Source of the DNA: Squalus acanthias
Lineage: Eukaryota
Direction: 5' to 3'
Length of the DNA stretch: 64,000 nucleotides
Assembly (NCBI GenBank): GCA_030390025.1
Contig: CM059431.1
Span: 147,810,001-147,874,000 of the forward strand
The notes under the pieces were generated by a model. The model made no database searches. It had not been told where the DNA came from and saw only the letters and a program-made list of their open reading frames with translations. Numbering within the stretch: the first letter of the stretch is position 1; the number at the start of each line of letters is the position of its first letter. Made by a program: the position numbers and the translations under genes. Below are positions 1 to 13,600 of this stretch, piece after piece.

Positions 1-949
1 TAAACAGAGCAATATGCCAGTTGTTGCTAGAACCACAGCCGCAGTTTTCTCGGTGATATATTTTGTTTTAAGCTTCTGGCAACAAATGGCCACAAATCCA
101 TCAAAGGTGAAAGTGATGGTGAACCAGACAGAACAGTCTGCAGCTGCACGAGTCAGGACAAGGATAACACTACACACAGGGGTGATGTCCAGGAAAGACA
201 AAGGGAAATAATACCAGTTGATCTGCCTCAGTATCACCTCAGTGATAATAACCAGTAGATCCGCCGCTGCCATGGCCACCAGGTAGCGAGTGGTGCAGTT
301 GGAGAGCCCACACTTTCACCAGGACTGGATCACAATCGCCACCAAATTAACTGTAAAAAAGAGAAGGGAAAAGAGACTGGAAATTACTGATCACACATTC
401 ACCGTGTCTGAGCCCAGTCAGTCAGAGCTGGATTACAGTACTAAAAATGGGTGGGTTGGGGGTGGGTCAGAGTTTAAAATTTAAAAAATATCATACCGAA
501 CCCAAGCCTCCAATCAGCCTGCTTCCCACTATAACGGAGACGGGACACGGGCGGGCAGCTAACCGCTCCCTGGAGGCGGGTTGGCAATTTCAATATTTTA
601 ATGAGGCTGCAGCCACTGATTGAACCTGTTTTACAGCATTAATTCTGGCCTCGGGAAATCCGGGACACGAAGGGAGGCCTGGACAGCTTCGTGGACAATG
701 TATTTGCCGCCACAGCACTGCTTGCTGGCCAGGGGGCGGAGGAATTCTTCCTGAATGCGCCACTAGCTCCCCCTCCCCTTAGACCAACCCCCATACAAAG
801 AAACCCGCGGTCGGAGCCCCCGAGTCCTGGAGAGGAACCCCCTGAATCCGAAACTCCAACCCCTCCTGTTCAACCCGCCCCTGCTTACATCCAGGCCTAA
901 GTATTTGAGCAAATCAAAATAGTGAGACTGTTATCAACCTGTTAACAAA

Positions 950-1290
950 CAGAGAACTCTGCAAACATTCAGCAGTTCAGGCAGCATCTGTGGAGAGAGA
1001 AACAGAGCGAACATTTAATGGGAACATTCAAGAATCAATATATTGGTCCAGAGGCATTTTGGAAGTATTGGGTTGGCAAGTGGCATCGTCAGAACATGTG
1101 CAGCGGAGATGGAGAAACAGGGAGAATGGAATAGAGTCCTTCCAGGAAGCGGGGAGGGAGGATATATAATAAAGGTAGCTGTGGGAGTCGGTGGGCATAT
1201 AGTAGATATTGGTGAGCAGCCTATTCCCTGAATCTGAGTTAGAGAAGTCGTGGAAGGGACGTGTCAGAGAAGGACAATGTGAAGGCGGGG
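950..1290 (-). mobile_element. Penelope-like element fragment (family B)
   Basis: Same tail (caggcagcatctgtggagagagaaacagag) and RT C-terminal sequence as the element at 37291-39691. Confidence 0.7.
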
Positions 1291-1639
1291 CAGGGGCTCA
1301 AATAACACGCAAATACCGCATGGGGCCTTCGGAAAGTGCCAGCGGGAGAGGGTGCAGGTAAACTGGCCGGGAAATGACCTCATGGTGTCTGTCAGGTAAG
1401 ATCCCGTCCGCTGTGAGTTTGGGAGAAGTCGGGTTTCCTGGCCTTTTGATCAGCGAGGTGCGGACTGACAGCTCCGAACCCAGAAGGAAGGGAGTCCCGC
1501 GTGTTGTAGGACAGTAGGCTCATCAACCAATTCCTGAGGATTCAGAGCCCGAGAAAGGGAAAGAGATCTGTGAGGTTATATTAAACATAAATCAACCTTG
1601 GTTACACCACACTGAGCGAACTTGTGATCTCCATCTTAG

Positions 1640-2160
1640 AAAAAGCCGATCAAGGCACTGGGGAAGGTGCAACATCTTTTCCAAGATGATACCATAACTG
1701 AGAGATTTTACCTTCAGTAAAGTCTGAACTGGCTGTGGCCCTTTTCACTAGATAAGAGAAGGCTGAGGGTGACCGAATAGAGACTTTTGAAATTGTGAAT
1801 CGGTAACATAGGGTAGATGTCAAGAAGATATTTCCATTATTGAATGAGTCAAAGTCTAGAGATAATCAATATAAGATAGACACCAATCAAATCAATCAGG
1901 AAGTCAGAAGAAATTTCTTTATTCAGAAAGTGCGTAGAATGTGGAACCTGCTACAACAAGGAATAGTTGAGGTGAACAGCATAGATGCAATTAAGGGAAG
2001 ATAGACAAGTGCTTGAGGGAGAAAGTAACCGAAGGATATGCTGATAGGATTAGACGGGCTGGGATGGGGAGAGAGGCTCCTGTGGAGAATAAATACAGAG
2101 ATAAACTAGTTGGGCAGAATGGCCAGTTTCTGGGCTGTAAATTCCATGTAATTCTGTGTA
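1640..2160 (+). mobile_element. Decayed CR1 LINE 3' fragment
   Basis: Degenerate CR1 ORF2 C-terminus (..RRNFFIQKVRRMWNLLQQ..) and 3' UTR (gggcagaatggcc), matching other CR1 tails in the window. Confidence 0.75.
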
Positions 2161-2832
2161 ACTTGAGTATTAATTATTCACAGTCACCAGTTCCATAACA
2201 TTGCAGATATTGAAATGTTTACTTATTGAAGCAGTGCACTATTTATTTCATTATTAAGAGTTTACCAATGTTAATTTTTACTGCCACCGGACTGATCTCT
2301 GCATTATGAAAACCCAATATTTATGTTATTCTGTTATATGTGTCTTTCTTAGCAGGGACACACCACACTGGTTACCTGTGTAGACTCCGAATAAGAACTG
2401 GTTCGTCAAAACATAATCAGTTACAGAAGTGGAGTAATTAATAACCGCAGTCCAATATTCATCCTGTGTAGTAGCTAGATAGTAAAATTCGGCACACATA
2501 ACCCACAGATTCTCAGCACCGTGTTGGGGAAGGAGATTAATCAGCACCAAAACAATTAAAGTGTTTACAGGAACTATACTTTGATTAAGAGTAAGTCATT
2601 ATGCAGAGGATTTGCATAATTTGAATAGTTAACATCCGTTTCTGTTGGTGCAATTCAATAGGAAACAGAATATCATCAATGCATTTAATTTTATACACGT
2701 ATTCCCAGCCTCTTCAACCAGCAGCAAAAGGATTCCCATTTGCCATCGATTAAATTCAAAACACACGACGGCAGCTTCATGGAGTGGAGAGATCAGTCAC
2801 CTGAAACAATGATTTCAACGTAGATCAATTTC

Positions 2833-3400
2833 CTTCCACTCCGGTTAGTGACCCACACTCAGTACAGTTCTACAATGACAGACACTTCCAGTAATACATG
2901 GCCACAGGTTCAGGTGTTCCACTCCGGTTAGTGACCCACACTGAGTACAGTTCTACAATGATAGACACTCCCAGTAATACATGGCCACTGGGGTCAGGTG
3001 TTCCACTCCTGTTAATGACCCAAACTCAGTACAGTTCTACAGAGACAGATAATCCCAGTAATACCTGGACACGGGGGTCAGGTGTTCCACTCCGGTTAGT
3101 GACCCACACTCAGTACAGTTCTACAGTGACAGATAATCCCAGTAATACATGGCCACAGGGTCAGGTGCTCCACTCCGGTTAGTGAACCACACTCAGTACA
3201 ATTCTACAGTGACAGTAAATCCCAGTAATACCTGGACACGGGGGTCAGGTGTTCCACTCCGGTTAGTGACCCACACTCAGTACAGTTCTACAGTGACAGA
3301 TAATCCCAGTAATACATGGACACGGGGGTCAGGTGTTCCACTCCGGATAGTGACTCACAATTCGAACAATTATACAGTGAATGATAATCCCAGTAATACC
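2833..3400. repeat. Minisatellite, about 84-bp unit, 6-7 copies, in the GPCR pseudogene intron
   Basis: Unit gggtcaggtgttccactccggttagtgacccacactcagtacagttctacagtgacagataatcccagtaatacatggccac; it produces the 28-aa periodic ORFs 2898-3182 and 3149-3520. Confidence 0.95.
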
Positions 3401-3848
3401 TTCTCTGAGAGAATAGCCGCACTGAGGACTGATACAACAATACATGATGTTCCACAAACAGCAATAACTTGTGAATTCAGCGAGCCTGTGAGTTACAAGC
3501 AGTGGTTTACTTTCAGATGAGGCAATGGAATAAAACCGCAGAGGTAAATCAGAACATTAACGAAAAGATATCACTGATCGGGTGTCTGTATATTGGGGAC
3601 CTGTACATCAGCATGTAACATTATCTGTCACAGAGGAAAACCAGAGACCAGCTCACTCACAGATTTACACAACTTCAATGGTTATAATCACTTACCAGGA
3701 ACACCAATGACGGCAAGGATCGTGTAGCATATGTTTTGGACATGTTGTATTGGTCGATGAATTTTCTGTGTGAAGCGATCTGTCCCCTCGTGCTGCAGGC
3801 AATCTCTCTGAATTAAACTCTGAGCCGATACATTCCCAGAGGCTGTAA

Positions 3849-3854
3849 TTTATA
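3849..3854 (-). promoter_or_regulatory. Putative TATA box of the GPCR pseudogene
   Basis: TATAAA on the minus strand about 90 nt upstream of the start-codon position; the paralogue has a similarly placed TATA box. Confidence 0.45.
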
Positions 3855-4289
3855 GACTGCGGGATCTCTACCGGGACATTGAGGTTGCAACATCGTTCAA
3901 AATAGTTATTTTTAAAATGTGAACAAACAGATGACGACAGCCGAGTTAACTCCCCGTTGTGATAGAATATATTTAGTGCTGAGATTGAAATTGAAAGCAC
4001 GAAAGTCTGGAGAATTCTGATCACATTACTTAACTAATGGAAATTGCCAGCTGTATTCTCGCAGCAATGGAATTGTTGTTTCAAACACCATCAGGCCCAT
4101 CTCTAGATCTCATCTTGTTTCAGTGATGTCCTTCACTCTGCTGTGGCCATTCAGCAATTAAATTCCAAATGTTAGAGTGTCCTCTCATGGCTGCTCTGCT
4201 GCACTCTGGGATGTGGCTGCCCTCTGTAACTGTCTCCATTGAGTTAAACATTTAAAGTACGGAATTTATGTCGATAGCCCTCTAACTAA

Positions 4290-4525
4290 GTAATCTCCTC
4301 CAACAAATATAGCCACACAAGCTAATGCAAGTATTACAACTACTGAAAATAACTAATCTAATACCACACCCCAAATAATACAGAACCTCAAATTCAAATT
4401 CATACATCATCTCCAACTCTTGCACCCTCAAACTAATACAGCACCTCAAACTCATACAGCTCGTTAAAATCATACAACAACTCAACCTAATGCAGCACAT
4501 TAAACCAATTAATGTAGCATCTCAA
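4290..4525. repeat. Degenerate 18-bp tandem array
   Basis: Decayed copies of cagcacctcaaactaata. Confidence 0.75.
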
Positions 4526-4548
4526 ACCAAAAAGCTCGAAAAATTAAG

Positions 4549-4985
4549 TGCAAAGCAGCCCGATTGATCGGCATCCAATCCACCACTTTAAACAGTCACT
4601 CCCTCCACCACAGGCACACCGTGGCTGCAATGTGTGTCATTTACAAGATTCACTGCTGCAACTCGCCAAGGCTTCTTCGACAGCACCTCCCAAGCCCACT
4701 ACTTGTAAAACCTGGACGGACAAGGGCAGCAGGCGCATGGGAACCTTCAAGTTACCCTCCACGTCATGCACCATCCTGACTTGGAAGTATATCAATGTTC
4801 TTACATCGTCGCTGTTTCAAAGTCTTGGTTCTCCCTACCTAACCGCACTGTGGGATCACCTTCACCATGCGGACTGCAGCTGTTCAAGAAAGCGGCTCAA
4901 CAACACATGCTCAAGGTCCATTAGGGATGGACAATAAATGCTGGTTTTACCAGCGACCCCCACAATCCGTGAATGAATAAAAGTA
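4549..4985 (+). mobile_element. CR1/L2-clade LINE 3' fragment
   Basis: HSLHHRHTVAAMCVIYKIHC-type RT C-terminus followed by a 3' UTR ending gaatgaataaaa. Confidence 0.7.
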
Positions 4986-5019
4986 ATACTACTGGCCATT
5001 TGACATCAAAAAATTTGAA

Positions 5020-6055
5020 CACCCAGAAACGGGCTAACTGACTTAATCTAACTAAGATGAAAATAACTGGCCGACTGACCACTACCTGATCAAGTACCCA
5101 GAAACTGACCAACTGACCACATTCTGATCGAGCAACCAGAAACTGACCAACTGACCACATTCTGATCGAGCAACCAGAAACTGACCAACTGGCAACTTGA
5201 CAAATTACTCAGAAACTGATCAACTGACCACAATCTGACAGAAGACTCAGAAACTGAATAACTGACCAGAATCTAAACAAGCACCAAGAAACTGACCCAC
5301 TGACCAGAATCTAAGCAAGCAACAAGAAACTGGCCAACTGACCAAAAAATAAGCAAGCACCAAGAAACACACCAACTGACCAGAACATAAGCAAGCACCA
5401 AGAAACTGCCCAATTGACCACAACCTGCCGAGCACCCAAAATCTGACCAATTGACAAGTAACTGACCACACACTCATAAACTGAAAATTGACATATCCCT
5501 ACCGAGCTCAATGAAATGATCAACTGGCCACAACATGACCGAACACCAAGTCCCTCAACAAATGACCACTGCCTCAACGAGTAGTCTGAAACTGACCAAT
5601 TGACCAGAACCTGGCTGAGCAATCAGAAAGTGATCAACTGACCAAAACATGACCGAGCTCAAAAAACTGATCAACTGACCACAATCTGATCGAGCAACCA
5701 GAAACTGATCAACTCTACACAGTCTGATCGAGCAACCAGAAACTGATCAACTGACCACAGTCTGATCGAGCAACCAGAAATTGATCACCTGACCACAGTC
5801 TGATCGAGCAACCAGAAACTGATCAACTGACCACAATCTGTTCGAGCAACCTGAAAATGACCAACTGACCCCAATTTGATCGAGCAACCAGAAACTGATC
5901 AACTGACCACAATTTGATCAAATACTCAGAAACTGACTAATGAACACGACATGACCAAAAATTCTCCAACTAACCACGAGCAACGTGGCCCTTGGAAACT
6001 TCCCTGTATACAACAATCTGACTGAGCACATGGAAATTGACCATCAGACCACAAA
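5020..6055. repeat. Minisatellite, about 38-bp unit
   Basis: Unit gaaactgatcaactgaccacaatctgatcgagcaacca, with variable divergence. Confidence 0.9.
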
Positions 6056-6134
6056 CAAACCTCAGCGCTGCTCTACTGTTCGCTGGGGTGTCCCCTTTAA
6101 CTGTGGCCATTCAGTTAAATGGTTAAAGTGGTCC

Positions 6135-7410
6135 TCAAACTAATATATCCAATCAAACTAATGAAACTACTACATAAAAGTAATCAATCTACTACATCAC
6201 CTCAATGTAATACCGAACTGCAAACTGATACATCATCTCCAACTTATACAGTCCCTCAAACAAATACAACACCTCAAATTGATACTTAAACTCAAACTGA
6301 TACCTTCAAATTAATCTTGCCCATCAAACTACTACAGCTCCTGCACCTCATAGAGACCGTCAAACGCTTGTGCCAACTTGAACTAATACAACGATTCAGA
6401 TAACAAAGCACTTCAAATACAGCATCTCAAACTAACAGAGAGCCTCAAGTTAATACAGCACCTCAAACTAATACAGCCCCTCAAACTAATACAGCACCTC
6501 AATCTGATACAACACCTCAAACTAATATAGCACCTCAAACTAATGCAGCACCACAAACTAATAGAGTCACTCAAACTAATAGAGAACCTCAAACTAATAC
6601 AGCACCTCAAACTAATAAAGCCCCTCAAACTAATACAGCCCCTCAAACTAATACAGCCCCTCAAACTAATACAGCACCTCAAACTAATACAGCCCCTCAC
6701 ACTAATAGAGAATCTCAAATTAATACAGCGACTCAAACTAATAGAGAACATCAAGCTAATACAGCCCCTCGAAATAATACAGCCCCTCAAACTAATACAG
6801 CATCTCAAACTAATGCAGCCCCTCAAGCAAATAGAGAACCTAAAATAATACAGCACCTCAAACTAATACAGCCGCTCAAACTAATACAGCACCTCAAACT
6901 AATGCAGCCCCTCAAATTAATACAGCCCCTCAAACTAAGACAGCCCCTCAAACTAATACAGCACCTCAAACTAATGGCGCCACTCAAAGTAATACAGCCA
7001 CTCAAACTAATACAGCCCCTCAAACTAATACAGCATCTCAAACTAATGCAGCCCCTCAAACTAATACCGCCCCTCAAACTAATACACCACCTCAAACTAA
7101 TACAGCACCTCAAACTAATACAGCCCCTCAAACTAATACAGCATCTCAAACGAATGCAGCCCCTCAAACAAATAGAAAACCTTAAAATAATAGAGAACTT
7201 AAAATTAATACAGCACCTCAAACTAATACAGTACCAAAAACAAATAAGACAACTCAAGCTAATGCAGCAACTGAAAGTAATTACAGCCCCGCAGACTAAT
7301 AGAGAACATCAAATTTATCAGCCACTCAAATTAATAAAGAAACTCAAATTAATGAAGCACTCAAACTAATACAGCACCTTGACCTACTAAAACACCTCAA
7401 ACTAATAGAT
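6135..7410. repeat. 18-bp tandem array (about 70 units)
   Basis: Unit cagc(a/c)cctcaaactaata; it produces the spurious LKLIQP and CISLR periodic ORFs. Confidence 0.95.
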
Positions 7411-7469
7411 TCCACTAAGTAATGTATCACATTTTATCACTGAAACAAAATCAGCTGGTCACCAACCAG

Positions 7470-7745
7470 CACAAAGCAGCCCACATGATTGGCACCCAAT
7501 CCACCACCTTGAACAATCACTCCCTCCACCACTGGTGCACCGGGGCTGAATTGTGCACCATCTGCAAGATGCACTGCTGCAACTCGCCAAGGCTTCTTCG
7601 GCAGTACCTCCCAAACCCTCGTCCTCTACTACCTCATAGAACAAGGGCAGCAGGTGCCTGACAGCAGGACCACTTCCAGGTTACCCTCCAGGTTATACAA
7701 CACATTGACATGGACATAATTCGTCGCTCCTTCATCGTCGTTGTG
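7470..7745 (+). mobile_element. CR1/L2-clade LINE 3' fragment, split by a Penelope insertion (resumes 10546-10680)
   Basis: Homologous to 4549-4985; the colinear remainder (taacagcgctatgggactgcagcggttcagg...gtgaaccaataataaa) resumes after 10545. Confidence 0.75.
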
Positions 7746-7753
7746 TCGAAACC

Positions 7754-10534
7754 AAGATAGAGTCCATGCTCTCAGCCTGTGCTCAGGGCACAGCAGACCA
7801 GCTACGAGACACCGCCAAACAGACGAGGCAACGGAACTACGCTTCCTACATGCGCATCAAGAACAGGAAGCTTGAGAAACTCGGCATCACCACCAGCTTC
7901 AACCAAGGCTCCCCCGGTACCACGGTTGCAACCACAGGGAAGTCCATCGTCAACCTGTCGGACCACACCCTTCAACCAGACGAAATCGAAGTTCTCGCCC
8001 TGGGGCTCAAGTTCTGCCCCACCACCAAAATTGACCCCATCGGTCTCGCGGCAGACACAGAGGAATTCATCAGGAGAATGAGGATCCGGGAATACTACCA
8101 CAAATCCCAAGATGTCAGCAACAAACCTAAGGAGACAATCAATGATCCTGAACAGCAGACAGAGGGAACCGCAGTGCTACAACCGAGGAAGAAAGAGTCA
8201 AATTGGAACCCTCCGGAGGGTCGCTGCCCTAAGCTTGACATGTATGCTCAAGCTGTCAGGAAATGCATCAACGCCACATTCATCAGCCGCACTCACAATA
8301 CAGTCCAGAATGTCACCCGAGCACAACACAACGCCATCCACGCTCTCAAGACCAACCGCAACATCGTCATCAAACCAGCGGACAAAGGAGGAGCCATCGT
8401 CATACAGAACAGAATGGACTATTGCAAAGAAGCATACCGACAACTGGACAACCAGGAACACTACAGACAGCTACCCGCAGATACGACCAAAGAACACACC
8501 CGCCAACTCAATAGACTGATCAAGACCTTCGATCCAGACCTTCAAAACATCCTACGCGCTCTCATCCCATGTACTCCCCGCGTAGGAGACTTTTACTGCC
8601 TCCCAAAGATACACAAAGCCAACACACCCGGACGTCCTATCGTATCAGGCAACGGAACCCTATGTGAGAACCTCTCTGGGTACATCGAGGGCATCCTGAA
8701 ACCCATCGTACAGGGAACCCCCAGCTTCTGTCGCGACACTACAGACTTCTTGCAGAAACTCAGCACCCATGGACCAGTTGAACCAGGAACACTCCTCGCC
8801 ACGATGGACGTATCGGCACTGTACACCAATATCCCCCACGATGACGGAATCGCTGCGACAGCCTCAGTACTCAACACCAACAACAGCCAATCTCCAGACG
8901 CCATCCTACAACTCATCCGCTTCATCCTTGACCACAATGTCTTCACCTTCGCCAACCAGTTTTTTACCCAAACACACGGAACAGCCATGGGGACCAAATT
9001 CGCACCCCAATACGCCAACATCTTCATGCACAAGTTCGAGCAAGACTTCTTCGCTGCACAGGACCTCTAACCAACGCTGTACACCAGATACATCGACGAC
9101 ATCTTCTTCCTTTGGACCCAAGGCGAAGGAACACTGAAAGGACTACACGATAGCATCAACAGGTTCCATCCCACCATCAAACTCACCATGGACTACTCCA
9201 CTGAATCGGTTTCATTCTTGGACACACGAATGTCCATCAAAGATGGACGCCTCAGCACTTCACTCTACCGCAAGCCCACGGACAACCTCACGATGCTCCA
9301 CTTCTCCAGCTTCCACCCTAACCACGTTAAAGAAGCCACCCCTATGGACAAGCCCTGCGAATACACAGGAACTGCTCAGACGAGGAGGAACGCGATGGAC
9401 ACCTACGGACACTGAAAGACGCCCTCGTAAGAACGGGATATGACGCTCGACTCGTCAATCGACAGTTCCAACGGGCCACAGCGAAAAACCGCATAGACCT
9501 CCTCAGAAGACGAACACGGGACACAACCAACAGAGTACCCTACGTCGTCCAGTACTTCCCCGGAGCAGAGAAACTACGCCATGTTGTTTGCAGCCTTCAA
9601 CATGTCATCGATGACGACGAACACCTTGCTAAGGCCATCCCCACGCCTCCACTACTCGCCTTCAAGCAGCCGCCTAACCTCAAAAGTACCATCGTCCGCA
9701 GCAAATTATCCAGCTGTCAGGAAAACAGCGACCACGACACCACACAACCCTGCCACGGCAACCTCTGCAGGACATGCCAGATCATGAACATAGATACCGT
9801 CATCACACGTGAGGACACTACCCACCAGGTACATGGTACATACTCATGTGACTCGGCCAACGTTGTCTACCTGATACGTTACAGTAAAGGATGCCCCAGA
9901 GCATGGTACATCGGCGAGACCATGCAGACACTGAGACAACGTATGAACGGACACCGCGCAACAATCGCCAGGCAGGATGGTTGCCTCCCAGTCGGGGAAC
10001 ACTTCAGCAGTCAAGGGCATTCAGCCTCGGATCTGCGAGTTAGCGTGCTCCACGGCGGCCTTCGGGATACACGACAATGCAAAATCATCGAGCAGAAACT
10101 GATAGCCAAGTTCCGCACTCATGAGGACGGTCTCAATCGGGATATCGGGTTCATGTCACGCTATAGAACGTGACTTGACATCGATGCTTGTCTTTCCAGT
10201 TTAAAAAAAAAACAAACACAAGAAACAAACACAAAAAACAAACCGAAATGGAGAGTATATGCAGCCAGCAGGTGTTGGACCCCCTGGGACACATCTCATA
10301 GTCTTGGCTGTGCTCTTAGCGTGTCTTTGATGTAGGGAAAGATTTAATCTCTGCATTTTCTCTGTGTTTATATTCTGTGAATTCTGATAGATTCTCTCAC
10401 AGCAACTCTACCCGAAGAAGGGGCAGGATAGCTCTGAATGCTTGTAATTTTAAATAAATCTGTTGGGCTATAACCTGGTGTTGTGCGACTTCTCATTTTT
10501 GTTCACCCCAGTCCAACGCCGGCATCTCCGCATC
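7754..10534 (+). mobile_element. Penelope-like retroelement (family A), 5'-truncated, RT + GIY-YIG endonuclease, disabled
   Basis: PADKGG, YCLPKIHK, PGRPIVS, MDVSALYTNIP, GTAMG and YIDD RT motifs; GIY-YIG VVYLIRYSKGCPRAWYIGET in ORF 9784-10173. TAA at 9068-9070 and a frameshift near 9340. Candidate TSD gtgtc(g/a)aaacc at 7743-7753 and 10535-10545. Confidence 0.92.
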
Positions 10535-10699
10535 GTGTCAAAACCTTACTAACAGCGCTATGGGACTGCAGCGGTTCAGGAAGGCTGCTCACCACCACCT
10601 TCGCAAGGTCAATTCGGGACGTGCAGTAAATTCTGGCCTTGCCAGCGACTCCGACATGCCGTGAACCAATAATAAATGTCATGTGTATTATTGGGATAA

Positions 10700-13600
10700 C
10701 AGCGGCAAACTGCCATTGGTTAATGCAGTTTATATTATAAACGTTGGACTCGTTTGAAATGATTGGCAACATTTAAAAAGCACTGTTTCTGAATTCGGTT
10801 ACTGCAAGTCCGAGACCTGCTGTTGTGATTGGTTCCTCCACCACCCCCTTGACAGGCAAGAATTAATTTGGAATAAAAGACGATTTATCTCTGTGGGCAG
10901 CAAGATATTAACTTCCGGCCGGGCTGATCCAGTGGATTCTTGCAGAGGCTGAGAGGAGGTAACAGCCCTTAGGGATGGTCAAAGGCTGAGCTCATTCTAA
11001 AATCACCCTCAGGGACAGTGAGAATGACAAGGCGGATCAGCGAGCCAAAACGTTATAGATTGCCCTCAAAATGTGGGAACCACCCGTAGCCTTGCAGGGC
11101 CAGATGATTAATATTAAAGTCAAACAGCCCCTTCCAAACTTGCAGTGGTGCAGAATGAGTTCCCTTGAATTAAATCAGTCCATGCGGCCATCAAAGGAGA
11201 GTCCTCATGGCCCAAAGATTCCTGTAACAGAAAGGACAATGTTATCGTCCAGGCTGACTTGTTATTTGATCTGGGTAGATGGGTGTTCCCAGAGTTACTT
11301 CTAATGAGTTGGTCCGAGGGGTGAGAGCCTGGTCCAAAGGCAAGTCCAGCAGGTGCGGTGGGCCAGTAATGATCAGACCCTGAATGCCATTATTGCCGAC
11401 TGCCTCACCTATGCCTATTATGACCCGGGCACAGAGTTAAAACACCCTCCAGCCATGTCCCAGCATCCATGGCCCGTGAGGGAATTTGCAGACTTCTAAA
11501 ATTGGCCGCTTGCAAAGGACTCAGAAGGGTGACCAGTAAAACGTGGTTATAATTGATGTTAATCTAAATAGGTTAGTTGTAATTATCAGTAATTGACCTT
11601 ATCTGCAGACATCGTCAGATATCACATGTCACAGTGTGGTGACGATTTGTACTAAAGGCTTTGCCTGTCAGAGGCTGGGCCTCAACTCAGTCCAGATCAT
11701 CTGTTAACACCCCAATCAGATTGGGAGTTACACCCAAAAGTAATTCGAAGCACTTTAGTCTCTAATGTAAAACCACCAAGCCGGGCCAACATTTGTCTCT
11801 GAAAGTGTAACTGATAAGATAACTGGAAATGAATTGCTGCTTCAAGCACTCGAGAAGGGAAAATTTAACTGCACTTTAAGAGAATAATTAAATTTTCATG
11901 ACAAGAATGGAGAGAAGGGCAATCCAGGTGGTTCCTGCCCACTGCCGGGTATCAATAAAGCAAGATTTAGGGAAATAAAGTTTAGCATTGCGAGGGCTGT
12001 CTGTCTATCAATACTGCTCCTCGGATTTGGGATGATTGTGATCTGATAAAATGGAGTCAGGCAAAATATTTTGTGAATGAAAGTTGCTCCAATGTAAAGA
12101 CACACATTGTGTTAATAACTTGGACTAGGTGGGAAGGTGTTTTCTATCTTTAACATTATATTTGACAGTAAATACCCTGCAGGGGGCATGGACGTAATTA
12201 CATGTTAATTAACCTTTAAAATTGAATGAGAGGAAGTGGTTGAGATTATAAGATAGAAACAGGCACATTACACTCCCAATTGGGAAACTTTCTGAAATCA
12301 TTCTCTTACGTGATTTGGAATAGATCTTCTGGGCACAATTCACCGAACGATATCAAGGAAGCAACAATGCACATTCTAATAAAAGTCAGGCAAGTGTAGG
12401 TGATAATAGTTAATTTATAGATTTTTCTTGGAGATGTTTGTGTGCTTGCATTTAATGAACAAGAGGAAAACCGCATTTGAAATCCTGGCCACTAACGGAG
12501 TCATCGAGACTCTGCAGGAGAAGCTGAGCAAAGCTCTTCAGACACCCTCCACGATCTGTTGATAAGCTCCCTTGAAAGCCCAACAATGACTTGTATCGGA
12601 TGTCACGTGCGCATGATATTACGATACTGGTGAGTGTGTGCAAATATGAGGCATCTAGCATGCGGAAATATATGGTGCAGATGCACTGAAGACGTGTCTC
12701 AGACATGCTTAGTTACTTGACAAGAGTACGACAGAAAATGGTTAATGTAGTTCAGGAGAGTGAGAAAATTTTTGATCAAAGCACCGACACTTACTCCACA
12801 GAGAAACCAAACTGTTTATGAAAGAGGAAAGAGCTAAACAAACTGGAACCTGGCAGATGGATTGAAATTAAAATACACATTGAATTAGAATTTGGAGTTC
12901 TAATGTTCAGGTTTGGTTTCCTTTGCGTTGACAATGAAATTGGGACAAGTGAGGGCTCGGGAGAAATAATACTGAGCAAGGATTATAATTGTCAACATGA
13001 TAAAAAACGTTTAAAAGGAGAGCCATAGATTCTCTTAAGTCCATGATTTCTTGGTAATATGGTACACTGGTAACTTCTTTATATTGTATTATGCTTTTCT
13101 TTGCTTGTATCTGATGTATAGTACTGTTCAGATAAAACTTGGCCTAGCTCTGAGTGCTTATGTAAATGTGATATTAATCGACTGTAAACTCCAAGGTAAT
13201 TCAAGGTGAAGTCAGAAAGAATGAAAATGAACGAATGTCAGTAGACCCGGAGTGGATTCTCCCAGGGTCAGAAGGAGGGAATGGTAAAGTGTTAAAAAAT
13301 GGTTCATAAGGTCAACGAATTCCTGTGGGCTTTTCTATAGTATTTTAATCAGTGAGCGAATCTGGAAGAAAGGGGAAATGTATAAACAAGTTAAAAATGG
13401 GACACAAAAGACAGAAAATGATAAACACCCAGGTCAACTGGCGGCCCATATGGAGTATGTGGGCGGTTGCTCGGAACCCACATCCCACAGTAAGAGATAG
13501 TACAGACAGGGAATTTTAAACACACAGGTCAAGAGGCGGCCCATATCGAGCTAAGGGGGCCGTTGCAAAGAAACCACATCCCACACTAACAGATAGTACA

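Larger units (their letters stand above)
1..3762 (-). pseudogene. GPR139/GPR142-like class A GPCR pseudogene; exon 1 3762-3696, exon 2 from 350 running off the window
   Basis: Exon 1 reads (ATT)HRPIQHVQNICYTILAVIGVP then a GTAAGT donor (phase 1). Exon 2 follows a polypyrimidine-CAG acceptor and reads VNLVAIVIQSW*KCGLSNCTTRYLVAMAAADLL...SVWFTITFTFDGFVAICCQKLKTKY, clearly paralogous to 34130-35064. Lesions: ATT at the start position, in-frame TGA at 316-318, DRF changed to DGF. Confidence 0.85.

Noticed and set aside
424..900. Pro-rich ORF 691-900 and GC-rich tract
   Set aside because: Looks like a decayed interspersed repeat; I could not define its termini or any protein similarity.
2326..2550. 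Possible extra coding exon ending in cag/GTAACC inside the pseudogene intron
   Set aside because: No recognisable homology or clear acceptor, and exons 1 and 2 already join in frame without it.
2898..3520. Mucin-like Thr/Ser repeat ORFs
   Set aside because: An 84-bp minisatellite in an intron, with a frameshift between the two ORFs.
6413..7369. Cys-rich (CISLR)n and (LKLIQP)n proteins
   Set aside because: By-products of an 18-bp tandem unit open on both strands; no start context, splice signals or unique domains.
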